Part shown: positions 31,808 through 44,950 of the stretch, in pieces | Position numbering within the stretch: position 1 is the first letter of the stretch | How the letters are laid out: every line of letters starts with the position of its first letter | Origin: a virus | Lineage: Duplodnaviria; Caudoviricetes | Direction: 5' to 3' (one strand) | Length of the DNA: 63,523 nucleotides | Virus record (IMG/VR): IMGVR_UViG_3300046167_000749 | Coordinates: 1-63,523 of that record | The notes under the pieces: generated by a model | The model's input: only the letters and a program-made list of their open reading frames with translations | Database searches by the model: none | Told to the model about the DNA's origin: nothing | Translations under genes and position numbers: made by a program

Positions 31808-34800
31808 ATAACGATCCTAGTAATTCTCATGTTGATTGGTACCGCAGATGGTCAAAGTCGCAAGGTAAGAATGTTGACAATTACACTAATGAAGAGTTAA
31901 CAAACTTTCTTGGTCAGCAGTATGAAAGGAATGGATTTTCCAATGATGAAATCTCTTCTAGCTATGGTAGTGACTTTTCTAATGCATATTTAGATATTAA
32001 AAATAGACCCGATCCAAATCAGGGTTACTTAGATGAATTTTCCTCGGGCATCAAAAGTGCTAGTTATGGATTAGCTAGTACGGGGGTAGGTGCGCTTGGA
32101 TTAGGAGCAGGGGCATTAGGTTTAGACGGGGTTGAAGAATCCCTTATGGGTAAAGCGGCAGACCTATCTGAAAAAGCGGGTCAGGATAAGCCGACCATAG
32201 AGCGTGCAAGTGATGTGCGATGGAGTAATCCGGCAGAGGTTGCAAGGTTTCTTGCTGGGGGCATGGGTGAAGCTACACCATCTGTAGTTGAGTCCGCGGG
32301 AGCATACTTAGCAGGTGGAGGAATAGGATACGGAATAGCAAAGCAACAAGCTAAAAAAGCTATAAGTAAAACTATAGGAGAAAGGTTAGAAGGAAGTGCA
32401 GGAGATGCAGTAGAAGCCTTAATGAGAGAGAGTGTTAAAGCAAATGCCCGAAAAGGTTTTGCCACAGGTTCATTAACAGCAACTGCAGTATCCTCTATTG
32501 GATTAGGGCAGGGTGAGATTTACACATCATTATACGAAAACACTAAACTTGATCCTGATGATAAAGACTACATTGATCCAACAAGGGCAAAGAGTATTGC
32601 CGTTACCTTTGGAGCAGCTTCAGGTGGATTAGATTTTATTGGTGCAGCCACACTACTTGGAAAACTAACAGGAGCACCTAAGGAAGTTGCTAAAAAGTAC
32701 TACAAAAGATTGCTACTTGGATTACCCGAAGGTGTATTTCTTGAGGGTGGTACAGAGGCAACGCAGGAGTTTATAAACATTGCGGCTGAAAAGTTTGGAA
32801 GAGGGCAGGAGCTAGAATTTGACGGACAAGAGTTAAGTAGATTATTTGACGCAGGCGTGCTTGGTGCTGTAGGTGGTGCTCAATTTACAACTATTGGAGC
32901 TATCCGTGGGCCAAAAGATACAGCCGATAATAATGTTGATACAGACGCACCTGTATCTGAAGATCCGACTACATTTAAGCAAAAGAATTTACTTGAGGAC
33001 ATTCAGGAAAAGCGTGGTGAAGATGCACGGTTCCAGCCTGGAGATACTGTGCAAATTGCATTGGGTGGTAAAGGTGTTGTTGATCGAGTAGTTGGTGATA
33101 GTGCAGTCGTAAAAATGGAAGACGGAACACTCAAAACAAATGTTCCTATAGCTTCCTTGTCTTCTCCTATTGAGCAAGATGATCAAGTTGCATCAACTCC
33201 CGAGGCTCCCGAGGATTCAGATGACGAAGAGAGTAACACGAATACTTATGTCACTCCAAGTGGCAAGACGGTACCTAAGCCCACTGCTAGTGTTCCAGTA
33301 ATTGATATTACCATAAATGGTAAAAAGGTAGAAAAGGTTAACGAGAAAGCGGGCAGGGATGCAGAGTTGTTATTCAAGAAAATGGAAGCTCTTGCCAAAA
33401 TTGATGGGGTTGATGGCATGTCCCAAAATACTGCACGAGCAAATAAGACAGGTGGATTTGCAAGTAACTCTAGGGAGCAAATTAAATTAGCTCTTGGTGA
33501 GGATGCTGGATTATATCGAGCTGAAACAAAAGCCATTCTTCGTAAGGCAGGGGTTCTTAATAGTAGTCATGAGTGGATATTGGGCACGAAGTTAGATAAT
33601 GATTTTGATTTAAAGGAAGCTGAAAGGGTCAAGAAGGAGAGGCTTGAGCAATCAAATAAGACGGATTGGATCGAGGTTAATAATAATGTAGAGATCAAAA
33701 GATCAGGCGGGAAAGTAGGTGTGATAAAAGAAATCACATCTGAGGGCATGATTGCTGTGCAAGATGCATCCGGGCAAATAACTGAGTACGAGCCTAATCA
33801 ACTTAAGCCCAAAGCCACACCAAAGGTTAAGCCAAAAGTAAATAAAGAGTTAAGCGATTTATGGAATGAGCGTCAGTCAGATGACTTTTGGGGAGCTAGT
33901 AGTGTTACACAAGAATCAGAAGAAGTACTAACAGAGCCTGAGTTTTTATTTACTAAAGAGAAAGATGAGGAAACAGGGCAGGTTACTTTCGTAGCTAAAG
34001 ACAATTTTGAGTTTAATAAAGATACCAAGGTAAAATTGCTTTGGACGACGGGTAAAAATAAAAAGCAAAGCAAAGAGGTTTCAGCAACTAGCGTAGATGA
34101 ATTATCTAACTCTGTTCGGGATTTCATGAAAGCAAAGCTTAAGACCCAACATGGGGAAAAGTTTGCTAGTACCTTTTTACGGAGTTGAGATAAATGGAAA
34201 AACATACAACGCAAGTATCGAAAAAGGGTTTTACGACATTGCGGGATTAGAGATTGATAGCTCTCAAAGACAGGAACTTGATGCGCAAAAAGGAGATATA
34301 CCATTTCCTATATCGACTATAGAAATCGATGAGGAATCAGGAGATCTCGGAAAAGGAATAGATTCAGAATCAAGAGCACAGGGGAATGCTTTAAAAGAGA
34401 ATATGACTAGGGATGCTAGCACTCTAGTGACCTTGGTTCTTAGGCAACGAAATAACAATGACAACAAGTACCCGCATGACAGTATTCGAGTGGTTACAGC
34501 ACGACTAGGTAGATCGGGTAACCTGACTGTTATAAAAGCCTATAACTCTGATTCGGGAAAGTACATAAGGATAAATGGCACACCTGGTAAAAATACTACA
34601 GCTGACACATTTAATAATGGCAGGGGTTCTTATTATGAAATCATTGGTAAGATAACATCTACAAGTAAGGTTGGTGATGTAGATTTATTCTTTGAAAACA
34701 TAGAAGATTTTTTAGGAAACGAAACGATTTCCAAGGCACTAGAAAATGAAGAGGTAAAAGAAGAAACGGCTAAAGGCACTAAGTTGTCCAAGGAAGCCAA

Positions 34801-37800
34801 AGCTGCGCAAGAAGAGTTAGAAAAACTAGAAGCTGAGCGCGATGAGCTTGACTCAGAAATAGAGGAAAAAAGCAGGCCAGATGACTTTGATCTCCAATTT
34901 GCAAAAGACCGCGTTGAACAGGATAACGATGATGGGTTCATCGAGGGTGACTGGGGAGATGGAGATGAAACCAAGAACACAAGTAGGGCGAAAGATTATT
35001 TATTTTTTGTAGATTTCTCATCAACGGAGAAGGTACTTGAGACCATACCTCCTATGACCGCTCCTGAGGGTGAGTCGGAAGCAATGCGACTTAGGTCTTT
35101 GATCTCAGCATTCGGTCTTGAGTGGACGGGAGGCAGTACAGTTAAGGAAAAGGGTAGTGCTGACCCAAAGAAAATTGCAAGTGCAATGCGTACGATATTT
35201 TCTGAGATAATCAGAGGCGAGGTATCAACGCTCAGAAAGGGAAATAATGCAATTAGACCAGAGCATATTCAGTCGTTTGCTGCTGTGTATATGGAAAACT
35301 TTGAAGCGGGCAAGGATAAGGTACCAACTGCTGCTGTCCCAAGGAAAGCCCATAAGTTTTTAAAGCAGATAGCAGAGATGCAGTCTCCTGATAAGCAAAT
35401 ACAGGAAGTAGCTCAGGATCTTGCCAATGACAGAGTCAGGGAACTAAATGATAAGCGTAGGGAATTATCTCAAAAAATTACAAAACAAAAAGAGGTAGTT
35501 AAGTCATACACTGAAGCAACTATTTCAGAAAAAGATCTTAAAGAATTAGTTGAGTTTAGGAATCGACTTGCCGAACAAGTTGATAAAGGAGAGAAAACGG
35601 CAGACGAAGCAGATAAAATTTATAATGATAAGTATACAAGGGTTATGCCTTTATCCGCTCAACAGCAACCAGGGCAGAAAAATACTCTTGGTGGTAATGC
35701 CCTTGAGATGATCAATAATGATCAGAGAGATGAAAAGGAAGACTTTGTAGATCAAACATTAGAAGATGCGATAGAGGGCGGTGATAGTTCTGAAGTTCAA
35801 GTTAAGGCTGGGAAAGATTCTGTTGCCACTGGTACTACAATAGAGACAGACGAACTTGGTAATAAAGTTGAAGTTCAAGCTGAAGACAAGGGTGATCTAT
35901 CCGATCTTGAGAGCGAAGGTGCGATTAGATTTCAAGACATGTCGCTAGAGGACATGGTCAGCCTAGTTCTTTCCATTAAAAATAAAGCTAGATTTCTGAA
36001 GGTTTTAGAGTCACACATTACTGAAAAAAGAGAGCGAGCTATGGATGGTCGACATGCTGATGTGGTCGATAACTTTATAGCATATCTGTACGAAAGTAAT
36101 GTAGGTAATGCATTCAAAGCTGAGAGGGTAGGTAGTAGTGATTTTATTACTGATTTTTCACAAATAGCGGATGAGAAGAAACTGCCAATGAGGCAGAAAA
36201 TGCAAGAGGTTCTTGAGTTTGCTTCAGATAAAGAACTGATTAGCAAAAAGGGTACAGAGGTAATACGCAAAAGATCTATATATCTTGCGCAGGAAGCGTT
36301 AGCCGGAAATGCAGAGCCATTTCAAATATTCGAGCATGTACTTAATGCAATCGGGCATCATGCAAAATCCGAAGGATACAAAAGATTCTTTAGATTAATG
36401 AATGACTTTGCTGTTACTCCCGTAACTAATGCTAAAAGTTTAGGAATTAAAGATATACTTCCATTGCTCGATCCCGATGGACTATACGATCAAGAGGAGC
36501 TACTTGACGCGTTAAATGAAGTTTATGAGTCGGACTTGAAATTTGAAGAATCGAGTGGAGAACTTCTACTTAGAGATCATTTAAGAAAGCTCGTTAACTC
36601 AAGCTACATTGTAACACAAGAGTCAGCCTCGGCGCTCACTCAATTTCAGGCAAGTAGATTTGATAATGACGGATTAGAGGGTGGGAAGCTAAACTCAGGG
36701 CAACAGCGAATAGATGACTTAGTTGATCCAACAACGGGTGAAGTGACAAAAGACCAAGTGGTAGTAGTAAGTGAGGCTACAAATACAGAGTCTATACAGA
36801 ATGCCAGATCAGCCAAGCAGTCGTATATGTCGGGACCAGATAACCCATTACTCGCTCATCCTGAATTAGTCGAGGAGGGCAGGTCAGCCATGAATGAGTT
36901 TGCCCCCTATGGTATGGATGTGTCATTCGCATTAACAACTGCACTAAATCAGATAAAAAACTCCAAGCTAGGAACAATAGCAAATGTAGCACGATTGTTA
37001 GACAATTCTGTACTGCAAGACTTTACCATTGAGTTCATGTCATGGGACAATTTCCGAAAATATGCCTCCCCTGAAAAAGGAATATTAAACAAGGCGGTTA
37101 TTCTTCATGAGGAAAAAAGAATTATTATATCTGAGGCATTTAATAATTCATACAAGCATTCAGCAAAAGATATGCTTGCGGCCGATATATTACACGAAGC
37201 AGTTCATGCTGTAACACGACCAGCATTAGACCTTGGATTTGCATACTCATCAGGCAGACAGGATTTAATTAATGACATGATCGAGCAACATGGATTGCCC
37301 GAAAAGTACAACATGAATGCTGAGGCATTAGGCAAGGTATGGAATGACATTAGTAATACACTCCTCCCCTACCTTCGAGAGAAAGGAAAGAGCTTAGATA
37401 ATTTTTATGGCTTATCCTCAATTGATGAGTTTTTCTCCGAGCTAGCAAGTGACTCTAAGTTTCAACAGTTCTTGGCAAATACAGAACTGCCCAAGTCAAT
37501 GCGTCCACCAAAATCTAAACTTCGCACAGTATTAGATTATATATTTAATTTGTTAGCTAGGTTAGGTTTTAATACTGCACGCACACCAGATGCATTAACA
37601 TATGCACGAGGAGAGCTTGCGAAATTAACTGAAATAGCAAACCAATCTACCGAATTATCTGAAGAAATAGCTGCGGCTAACTTACGAAACATATCGACAT
37701 TAGCGGCAACATTTAAGAAAACTGACATCAACCTAGATTATTATGATTTACTTGAACGAATTTCACAGGAAACAGCACGAGACGGCACAGGAGGTACTCT

Positions 37801-40800
37801 CGAAGATGCCGCGAGTCACCTTAGAGGAAGCACGTCAGCAAGAGAAGATGATACGGGGAGCAAAATCATCTCGTCGGAAAGGAAAAGGGAGCAAGACGCA
37901 GAAGTCCTCAAGTACGCAGAAGAAAACGGACTCTTAATAAATAACAAAGAGTTTCAGGAAAAACATAAAAAGTATTACGAAAAACAATATGGAATCGGTC
38001 AGTTCCCCGACAGAGATGGTCTCGCAGGTGGATCTGAAAGTGATATATATGTAGACGAAGAGTCCCAAAGGGTGTTCAAGAGAAACACTCTTTCGATCCA
38101 TGGCGGGGATACGGTCGCGTACCTCAATAGGTTAATCATACATAATCTCCTGTTCCCCACGACTGCGTATAAGTTAGAAGGTTTTGTATCTAGGGATACA
38201 GCAAACGCTGACTTAACCGAGGTTTATCAAAGTGTTAATGTAGTTGTATCTCAGCCATACATAAAAGGTGTTAAGGTAACTGAAGATGAAATTGCAAATC
38301 ACATTGCCAGCCTTGGAATAATTCCACGCTTCGACTCCACGCTTGGTAATGACATCAATTTGTCAGACTTAAGGCCAGACAATGCAATAAAGGATGCGGA
38401 TGGCAACATCCACATCATTGATCCGATTATTGAGCAAGAAAGTAGCATGGTAAAGATCCTTGAGGCCAAGCTCGATAAACTAGATGACCCTGGCGACATA
38501 TTGGATACAATCTTTGATTTGTACAATATTCCTGGTTATGTACCCGGTGCTGACATAAAGTTATTAAAGCGTTCGGCTGAAGATGAACTGGGAATAACAG
38601 GGGAAGAGTTAGGCATGAATGCACCCATGAACGCAGTAATGGGTGGTGGCACAGTCCAAGGGAATCAGTTCAAAAACCCAACATCGAACGACTCACCTAG
38701 ACCAGCAAATGCTAGACCTGACGATAATGCATTGGTCATGGCAGAGGCAAATGCGGCGGGATTTAATGAGTTAATAAAAGAACTAGTCAAGGTTCATCGA
38801 GTCTATGGTGAAGAGCTAGGCATGGAACTAGATGAGTTCTTGGAGACATACGGAAAACCGGGAACTACTAGAATAGCAGACATCAAACAACTGCTTGATA
38901 AAGAACTTGCACAGCACGACAAGTCAACTGATGGCATAACCTTAGATAATGCTGGATTAAATAAGATTGCTCGCAGTTGGGGTGTGCGTAAGGCAATAAT
39001 GAACCTTGAGAAGGTTCGTGAAAGAGCACGTAAGGAAGGTAGCCGATCAACAATTCTAGTAGAGGGCATTGAGCAAGATGTTGTTGATAGCAGAAATATA
39101 TATGCCGACCTCTTGCAAGGTAAGTTCCCAACAAGAGATAAGTTATCAGCAAGGGTTAAGAGCAGGTTATCCAATACCAAACTTGAAATACTTGAGGAGT
39201 ATGTAAAGGCGTTACCCAACTCAGGCTTCTCACAAGAGAATTTAAATAACATAAGGAACATGGGTGAAGAGCAACTCATGGGTGTGTTAGATGCAGTAGT
39301 TGATGCAGTAGATCAGAGGGGTAATGGTGAGATCGAGCTTAACTCAAAAGAAGAATTTAATAAACTTTTAGAAACTCTGACCGATGATAGGCTTAAGGTA
39401 ATACAAGGGGATAACCTTAATAAGAAAGCATTAAGGTATGCCGTGTTACGTACAATCAGAGAAAGTAAAGATGTCATGGCTATCCTTCGGTTAAGCAAAG
39501 GGAAGATAGGCACTACTGAAGAAAAATTTAAAGATGCAGCAACTGCAATAGCTAGGGCAAAGTCCAAGGAAGAGATTGATAGAGTAGATATAAAATTCCC
39601 AGGTACTTTATCAACTCCACTCAAACATTTCGCTACTCTTAAAGAGAGAGAGCTTGAGAGTATGGCTAAGTTGCAAAGAGAAAAAGCACGCCAAGAGGTC
39701 AATGGTAAGATCAATAGTATGCTTGAGAATAGAAGCATCAGATTGCGCATGGCGTTAGGTGAATTACAGCCAGTGAATATTTATGATGGTGTAACACTAA
39801 TAACCATGAAGAAGGTTAATGGTGAGTGGGAGCGATCAAACTATAAGGTAGAGATCAAGAACGGTAAGTTCATGGATCGAGATGGATTTGCTAAAGCAAA
39901 TAAAGATACCCTTATGTTTGTCCGAGATCCCGACATGATTAAAAAACATGGACACGAACCTTGGTTCGAGATCATGAGGGAGCAGGCACTAATGGCACTT
40001 ACTGAGCCAATCATGGAAGAGCAGTTCCACATTCAGCGTGCCGCATGGTATGCTGGACTGCAAGGTCTCACCGAAAGGTTTGCAAAGTTAGGTTACGAAG
40101 GAAAGAAGCTATCTCAAATGTCAACTGCTACAGTGGCAACCTACCGGAACTACGCAAGTCAATCGCAAGCATACGCTAAACAATTCAATGCATCCCTTCA
40201 TAGGGTGATGAGTAAACTTAAACTAGGTGGCAATGAAATCTACACGGGTTTATACCAAGACATTTTTTGGTGGTTTGATAATCACCCTGAGTATGCAGGC
40301 AAGGAAGAGGAAGGGTTTAAGCAATTGTGGAAGCACCTAAAGTCTAACGCAAATATACCCGATAGATCATTATTAGACGATGATGCCCGTAGGCTAATTA
40401 TCGATATGGTCAATAAAGCACTTACTGCTAGAGATTGGGAGGCAGAGGTAAATAAAAGGTTAAATAATAGAATACGCGACGAAGATGTTCAAGTTGAGTC
40501 ATTCGTCAATGGCGAGATGGTGGATCTGTATAGACTGCCAATGGATATGGGGTATGCGACATTGCCCAGAAGCCTTAATAATGGATATATTCGTGATACA
40601 TATGCCTTAATGAAAAAGGCTAATTGGCACGGGGATGAAGTAAAAGGTCTATTGGATGAGGCTAGGCAATTAAAGACGCCCGAAGGAATGGAAGATATCT
40701 ATAAGGCGTTATTTAATGATCAAATAGTTGAGCGTTTTGTGAAGCCCTACACCAACTCAGATGTAAGGCAGAGTATATTTCGTGGTCCTAAAGATTCAGA

Positions 40801-43429
40801 GGGAGATATGTTGCCAATGGGTAACTCTTTTGTTGCTACTGCGTTTGAAAGAAGTGGTGGAGATATGTACGCTATGGCTGAATATATTTTCAATCAGCTT
40901 TCAGAAAACACATCGGAGTCAGCACGGGTTCAATGGCAGTATGCCTTCCTGAATCAATTCTTCAAAAGGTTTAGAGAATTAGAAGGTACTGCTAAGAAAA
41001 TATCCAACCAAGTGGATGGTATGCAATCGGGTGATAGCATGAGAAATACACCACAGAGTCTGGATGCACGGGGTGTCGATAATAGACTACCAAAAGAGTT
41101 CTTTTCGTATAATATGTACGATGAAGTTTCATCCAATATTAGGTTGGCACTTATGTCTGCAACCTCTCATTTCGGGAGGAATGGAGATACTGCAAATGCT
41201 GCATTTAGAGATGGCAAACAAACACTAGGCGAAGCGGCTGAGACATTTAATGCAATAATGGCAGAGGCTACTAATAGTGACCACAACAAACCGCAGCACC
41301 ACTACTCTCGATCCGTTAAGCGCAAAGCATATGACATTATGCGAAGGAGAGGCTCAACCAATGCTGAAAAAGAATGGAATGAGCTGTATAGCAAGTCAAT
41401 TGCTAGGGGCGAAATGGATGTAGCTTTTGATCATCTTGGTAAATATTACGGAAAGGGGAATGTGGCGGGACCATATCAAGATGCAAACCTGCTCATGGAT
41501 ATTCTTGGTGTGCAGTCAATGTCTGTATTGAATAACCCTAAGTCATCATTTTTCCAGGCATTATCATTATTCGAGTATCCCAATGCGTTCAGGGGTTTAA
41601 ATAAAATAGCGGGTAAAGCAACAGTAAGTGCTCTTGGTAATTTTGTTGACCAAACATTTGGTGGCATGCTTGAGGCAATGGGTGTTGAGTTAGGCAAAAC
41701 AAGTCGATATGCACAGTACTTAAATGAGACTCACTTTAATCTCAAGGAGATGCAACTTCCCTTCAGTGAGTACAACTCAATGATTGGATCGGGAGGAGAC
41801 CTAGCTGAATCAATTAAGAATCATCCGCAACTAGGGATGAAAAAGTACATTAGGTATATTAAAAATCTCTCAACCCACCACAAGCAGTATAGAAAAGATG
41901 GGACTAGGGCACCTATTGACCCCTTGTCATTGATAACTGGAATCTTTCCGTATGTAAATAATGTGGTGAACCACTCAGTTGGAGTTGGGGCAATACACAC
42001 CTATAGTGACCTAGTGTTACAAGCATCAAAAGTAATACAAGAAAGAGGACTTACTGAGTACACTGAGCTTTCAGCTAAAGATTTAGGCATGGGCAACAAG
42101 ATGGGGGAGTGGATCATTGGTGAAGAAGATGGTTACATAAGAGCGAATGAAATGCTAATTAACTCAGGAGCACCATCAGTATCTCGTTTAGCTTTTGATT
42201 ATTTAGATCGCAAGAAAACAGACAAGCAGGCGCTACCTATTGATGAGAGAATGGGCTTACTGATCAATCAGGCGGCAATGAATAATGTATCGGGTGAGGG
42301 TTTTAACTCTAAGCCATCTGCACTATACACAAATGATTTCCTAAAATACTTCAGCACCTTTTTAGGTTGGCCTCTAGGTAAAATGTCAAGAGACCTAGAC
42401 CAAATCTTTCGTGATCCAAGTGATCGGATCGGAACGATGCGTGCGCTAATGAAGTACATAGGTATGATGTCAGCAGTATATGTTCCGACCGGTCTTTCAT
42501 TTGCAATGCTAATAGATTGGTACGATGAGGAGATGTTAGAAAAGCCTAATAATTTACCTCCTATTTCTCCTTGGGCAGCTCTTCCAGTAATTGGTCCATT
42601 CATCGCGGCTGATGACCCCAACTTCACAGTGTATGCAATCACATCAAGGATGGCTAAAGCAGGTGTACCATTTGGCATGGGTATGGATCTCGCCAATGGG
42701 CTTTTTGCAAAAGGAGACCCCTTCGGTGCGGCTAGAGAGATATCCCTCGATAGTAGGATTTTTGCGTGGTCAATGTTTAAAAATATTTACGATGCCATGG
42801 GAACTTGGGCAACTGCAGGCGAGTTCGATTGGCAAATGGTAGGGAGACCTATCGCCTACGGGGTAGGGGGTAACTCTGTTATACAGATGATGGATCTCAC
42901 GAGTGCTTTATTTGATATAGACTCAGAAGAAAGAAGGGTAGCCAACTACATTGGAATGCGTAATCATATCAAGAAAACTGCATTCTTAATGGGACTTCCA
43001 TTGAGACCCCCCCGTAAAGGTGGGGGAGTGCAGACAGGGGTGTCTATTAATACTAGGCAGATGGCACGCGCCGCGTTTGCTGGAGATAGTGAGTCATTCT
43101 TAGCAAACTACCAAGAAGCATTGGACGCAGCGAAGATATACCTTGATGAAAGAGGTCGCGATGATGACCCTGCGAAGTATGTAGCTGATGCATTTAAAGA
43201 TAGAGCTATTCAAGGCAACATCACTCAAGGAACAATGAAGGATGCTGACTGGCAGAACCTTTTAAATATTCTCGATCCTGAAGTTAAGGGTCAAATTCAA
43301 CAAGCTATTGCTTCTCACGAACACTACTTGAGATTAATTGGTGGCACTCCAAAAGTGTCTCGAGAGAAATCAAATCGTGCAAGGCTAGAAGAGGCACGGC
43401 GATCAAGCGCCCTAATGTATATCCAATAA
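31804..43429 (+). CDS. Giant polyvalent internal virion protein (~3,870 aa if joined at T5 run ~34174-34178) with zincin metallopeptidase-like and Ser/Thr kinase-like domains
   Basis: ORFs 31804-34188 and 34151-43429. N-terminal glycine zippers and EGGTEATQE (ejection-protein motif). ILHEAVHA...DEFFSE zincin. GGSESDIY...VFKRN...HNLLFPTTAYKLEGF...SQPYIKG...DLRPDNAI...IIDP polyvalent-protein kinase. Confidence 0.75.
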
Positions 43430-43430
43430 T

Positions 43431-44339
43431 ATGCCAGTAAAAAAAATACCTCCCGGAACTACTCAAGTAATCGAGAAGAGTAGAAATGTTCACTTCGTAA
43501 AGCACGCCCTTAAATCCACAAAGGAAAAAGATTCCTTTTGGGTTTTATTGAGCTTTGATAGACACCATGATAATCCAAAGTCTAATAATGTAATGGAGAA
43601 AAGACACCTCGAGCAAGCTCGCGAAAGAAATGCTATTATAATAGACGGCGGAGATTTGTTTTGTGCTATGCAGGGGAAGTACGATCCAAGATCATACAAG
43701 GGAGACTTGAAGCCTGAGCATAAGAAAGGTGATTACCTAGATGCGCTAGTGACAACTGCTGCTGATTTTTACGCACCATATGCAGATCTATTTGCAGTCA
43801 TGGCACCAGGAAATCATGAGACAAACATATCCAAAAGACATGAGACAAACTTAACTGAGAGACTTGTTACTATGCTTAACGATAGAACAGGCTCGAAAAT
43901 TAAAGTTGGTGGATTTAGTGGTTGGGTTAAGTTTCAACTCTTAGTTTTTGGACAGTGTATGACAATAAATTTATGGTATCATCATGGTTATGGTGGTGAT
44001 GCTCCCGTGACAAAAGGGGTAATTCAGACTAATAGGCAAGCTGTTTATCTTCCCGACGCTCACATAGTGGCAACTGGTCATACACATAATGAATGGCAGT
44101 TTCCCATACCGAGATTAAGGCTCAGTAACCATGGGAAGGTTTACCATGATGAGCAGTTGCACCTTAAGGTACCCACATATAAGGAGGAGTACAGAGATGG
44201 CTATGGTGGATGGCATATTGAGAGGGGAGGGCCACCGAAGCCAACGGGTGCTATCTGGCTTAGATTTAGTGCAAATAAAACAACCAAGGACGGTGTGAGT
44301 ATTTGCGATCCAATAATTGACGCAATCAGAGCAAAATAG
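43431..44339 (+). CDS. Calcineurin-like metallophosphoesterase
   Basis: DRHHD, GGDLF, GNHE, HHG and GHTH motifs in canonical order. Confidence 0.88.
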   Translation: MPVKKIPPGTTQVIEKSRNVHFVKHALKSTKEKDSFWVLLSFDRHHDNPKSNNVMEKRHLEQARERNAIIIDGGDLFCAMQGKYDPRSYKGDLKPEHKKGDYLDALVTTAADFYAPYADLFAVMAPGNHETNISKRHETNLTERLVTMLNDRTGSKIKVGGFSGWVKFQLLVFGQCMTINLWYHHGYGGDAPVTKGVIQTNRQAVYLPDAHIVATGHTHNEWQFPIPRLRLSNHGKVYHDEQLHLKVPTYKEEYRDGYGGWHIERGGPPKPTGAIWLRFSANKTTKDGVSICDPIIDAIRAK

Positions 44340-44340
44340 T

Positions 44341-44380
44341 TTGCATTAATGTAACACGAACATGTAAGTTATAATCAATG
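44341..44380 (+). promoter_or_regulatory. Promoter with TGTAACACGAA box
   Basis: TTGCAT (44341-44346), 18 nt, TAAGTT (44365-44370), also TATAAT at 44370-44375; ATG at 44378; box at 44350-44360. Confidence 0.6.
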
Positions 44381-44503
44381 CACACCCATATTATTATAAA
44401 TCACGATGAGGGTTTACATTTAACCCTATACACAGAAGTGGAAGATCCTGATTTATCTGAGATTATTGAAGAAATAATAATAGAGAATTTAAATTATGCC
44501 TAA
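44378..44503 (+). CDS. Small acidic ORF (41 aa; not in ORF track)
   Basis: MHTHIIINHDEGLHLTLYTEVEDPDLSEIIEEIIIENLNYA directly after the promoter; overlaps the next start. Confidence 0.4.
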   Translation: MHTHIIINHDEGLHLTLYTEVEDPDLSEIIEEIIIENLNYA

Positions 44504-44741
44504 AAAAGGATATAGAAGCTCAACGGCTAGTACTCGCAGTAAGTACCAAAGAAAGTACAATACAAAGCCTGAGCAGGTCAAAAGAAGATCTAACCGAAAC
44601 AAAGCGCGTAGAAAGTTAAAATGTCCTGCTGGAAAAGATGTACACCACAAAGATGGGAACCCGCTAAATAATAAAAGATCTAACCTTGCATGCTCTTCAG
44701 TTAAAAGCAATCGAAGCAAGAATAGGAAAAAGAAAAAATGA
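44496..44741 (+). CDS. Small HNH endonuclease-like protein
   Basis: DVHHKDGNPLNNKRSNL...NRSKN. Confidence 0.8.
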   Translation: MPKKGYRSSTASTRSKYQRKYNTKPEQVKRRSNRNKARRKLKCPAGKDVHHKDGNPLNNKRSNLACSSVKSNRSKNRKKKK

Positions 44742-44950
44742 CCGACGACGAGACTCCACAAAGAAAGTGTACGGTCGAGTTTAAAGTCCACATACATCGA
44801 TGGCAGAAAGAAAGCGACCTTGAGCCTCAAGAAATAGTAGACGCTATTGAAGAAGCTATTGAGGAGTATTTTGAATTAGGTGATGAGGAAACAGAAAATG
44901 AAGTTAATTTTGATTCGAAAATTGATCTTGAAGATGAGCTGGATGGGTGA
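44738..44950 (+). CDS. Hypothetical acidic protein
   Basis: 70-aa coupled ORF. Confidence 0.6.
   Translation: MTDDETPQRKCTVEFKVHIHRWQKESDLEPQEIVDAIEEAIEEYFELGDEETENEVNFDSKIDLEDELDG

Noticed and set aside
28002-42696. Numerous antisense ORFs over the virion genes (e.g. 28002-28496, 38803-39279)
   Set aside because: Shadow frames of long + strand genes, S/L-rich, with no independent signals
31804-43429. Virion RNA polymerase (N4- or crAss-like) as the identity of the giant protein
   Set aside because: No DxDGD or T7-like polymerase motifs recognised; the domains seen are zincin and kinase
44341-44365. TGTAACACGAACA as a host LexA (SOS) or NtcA box
   Set aside because: Spacing and half-sites do not fit TGTTC-N4-GAACA, GAAC-N4-GTTC or GTA-N8-TAC across the copies
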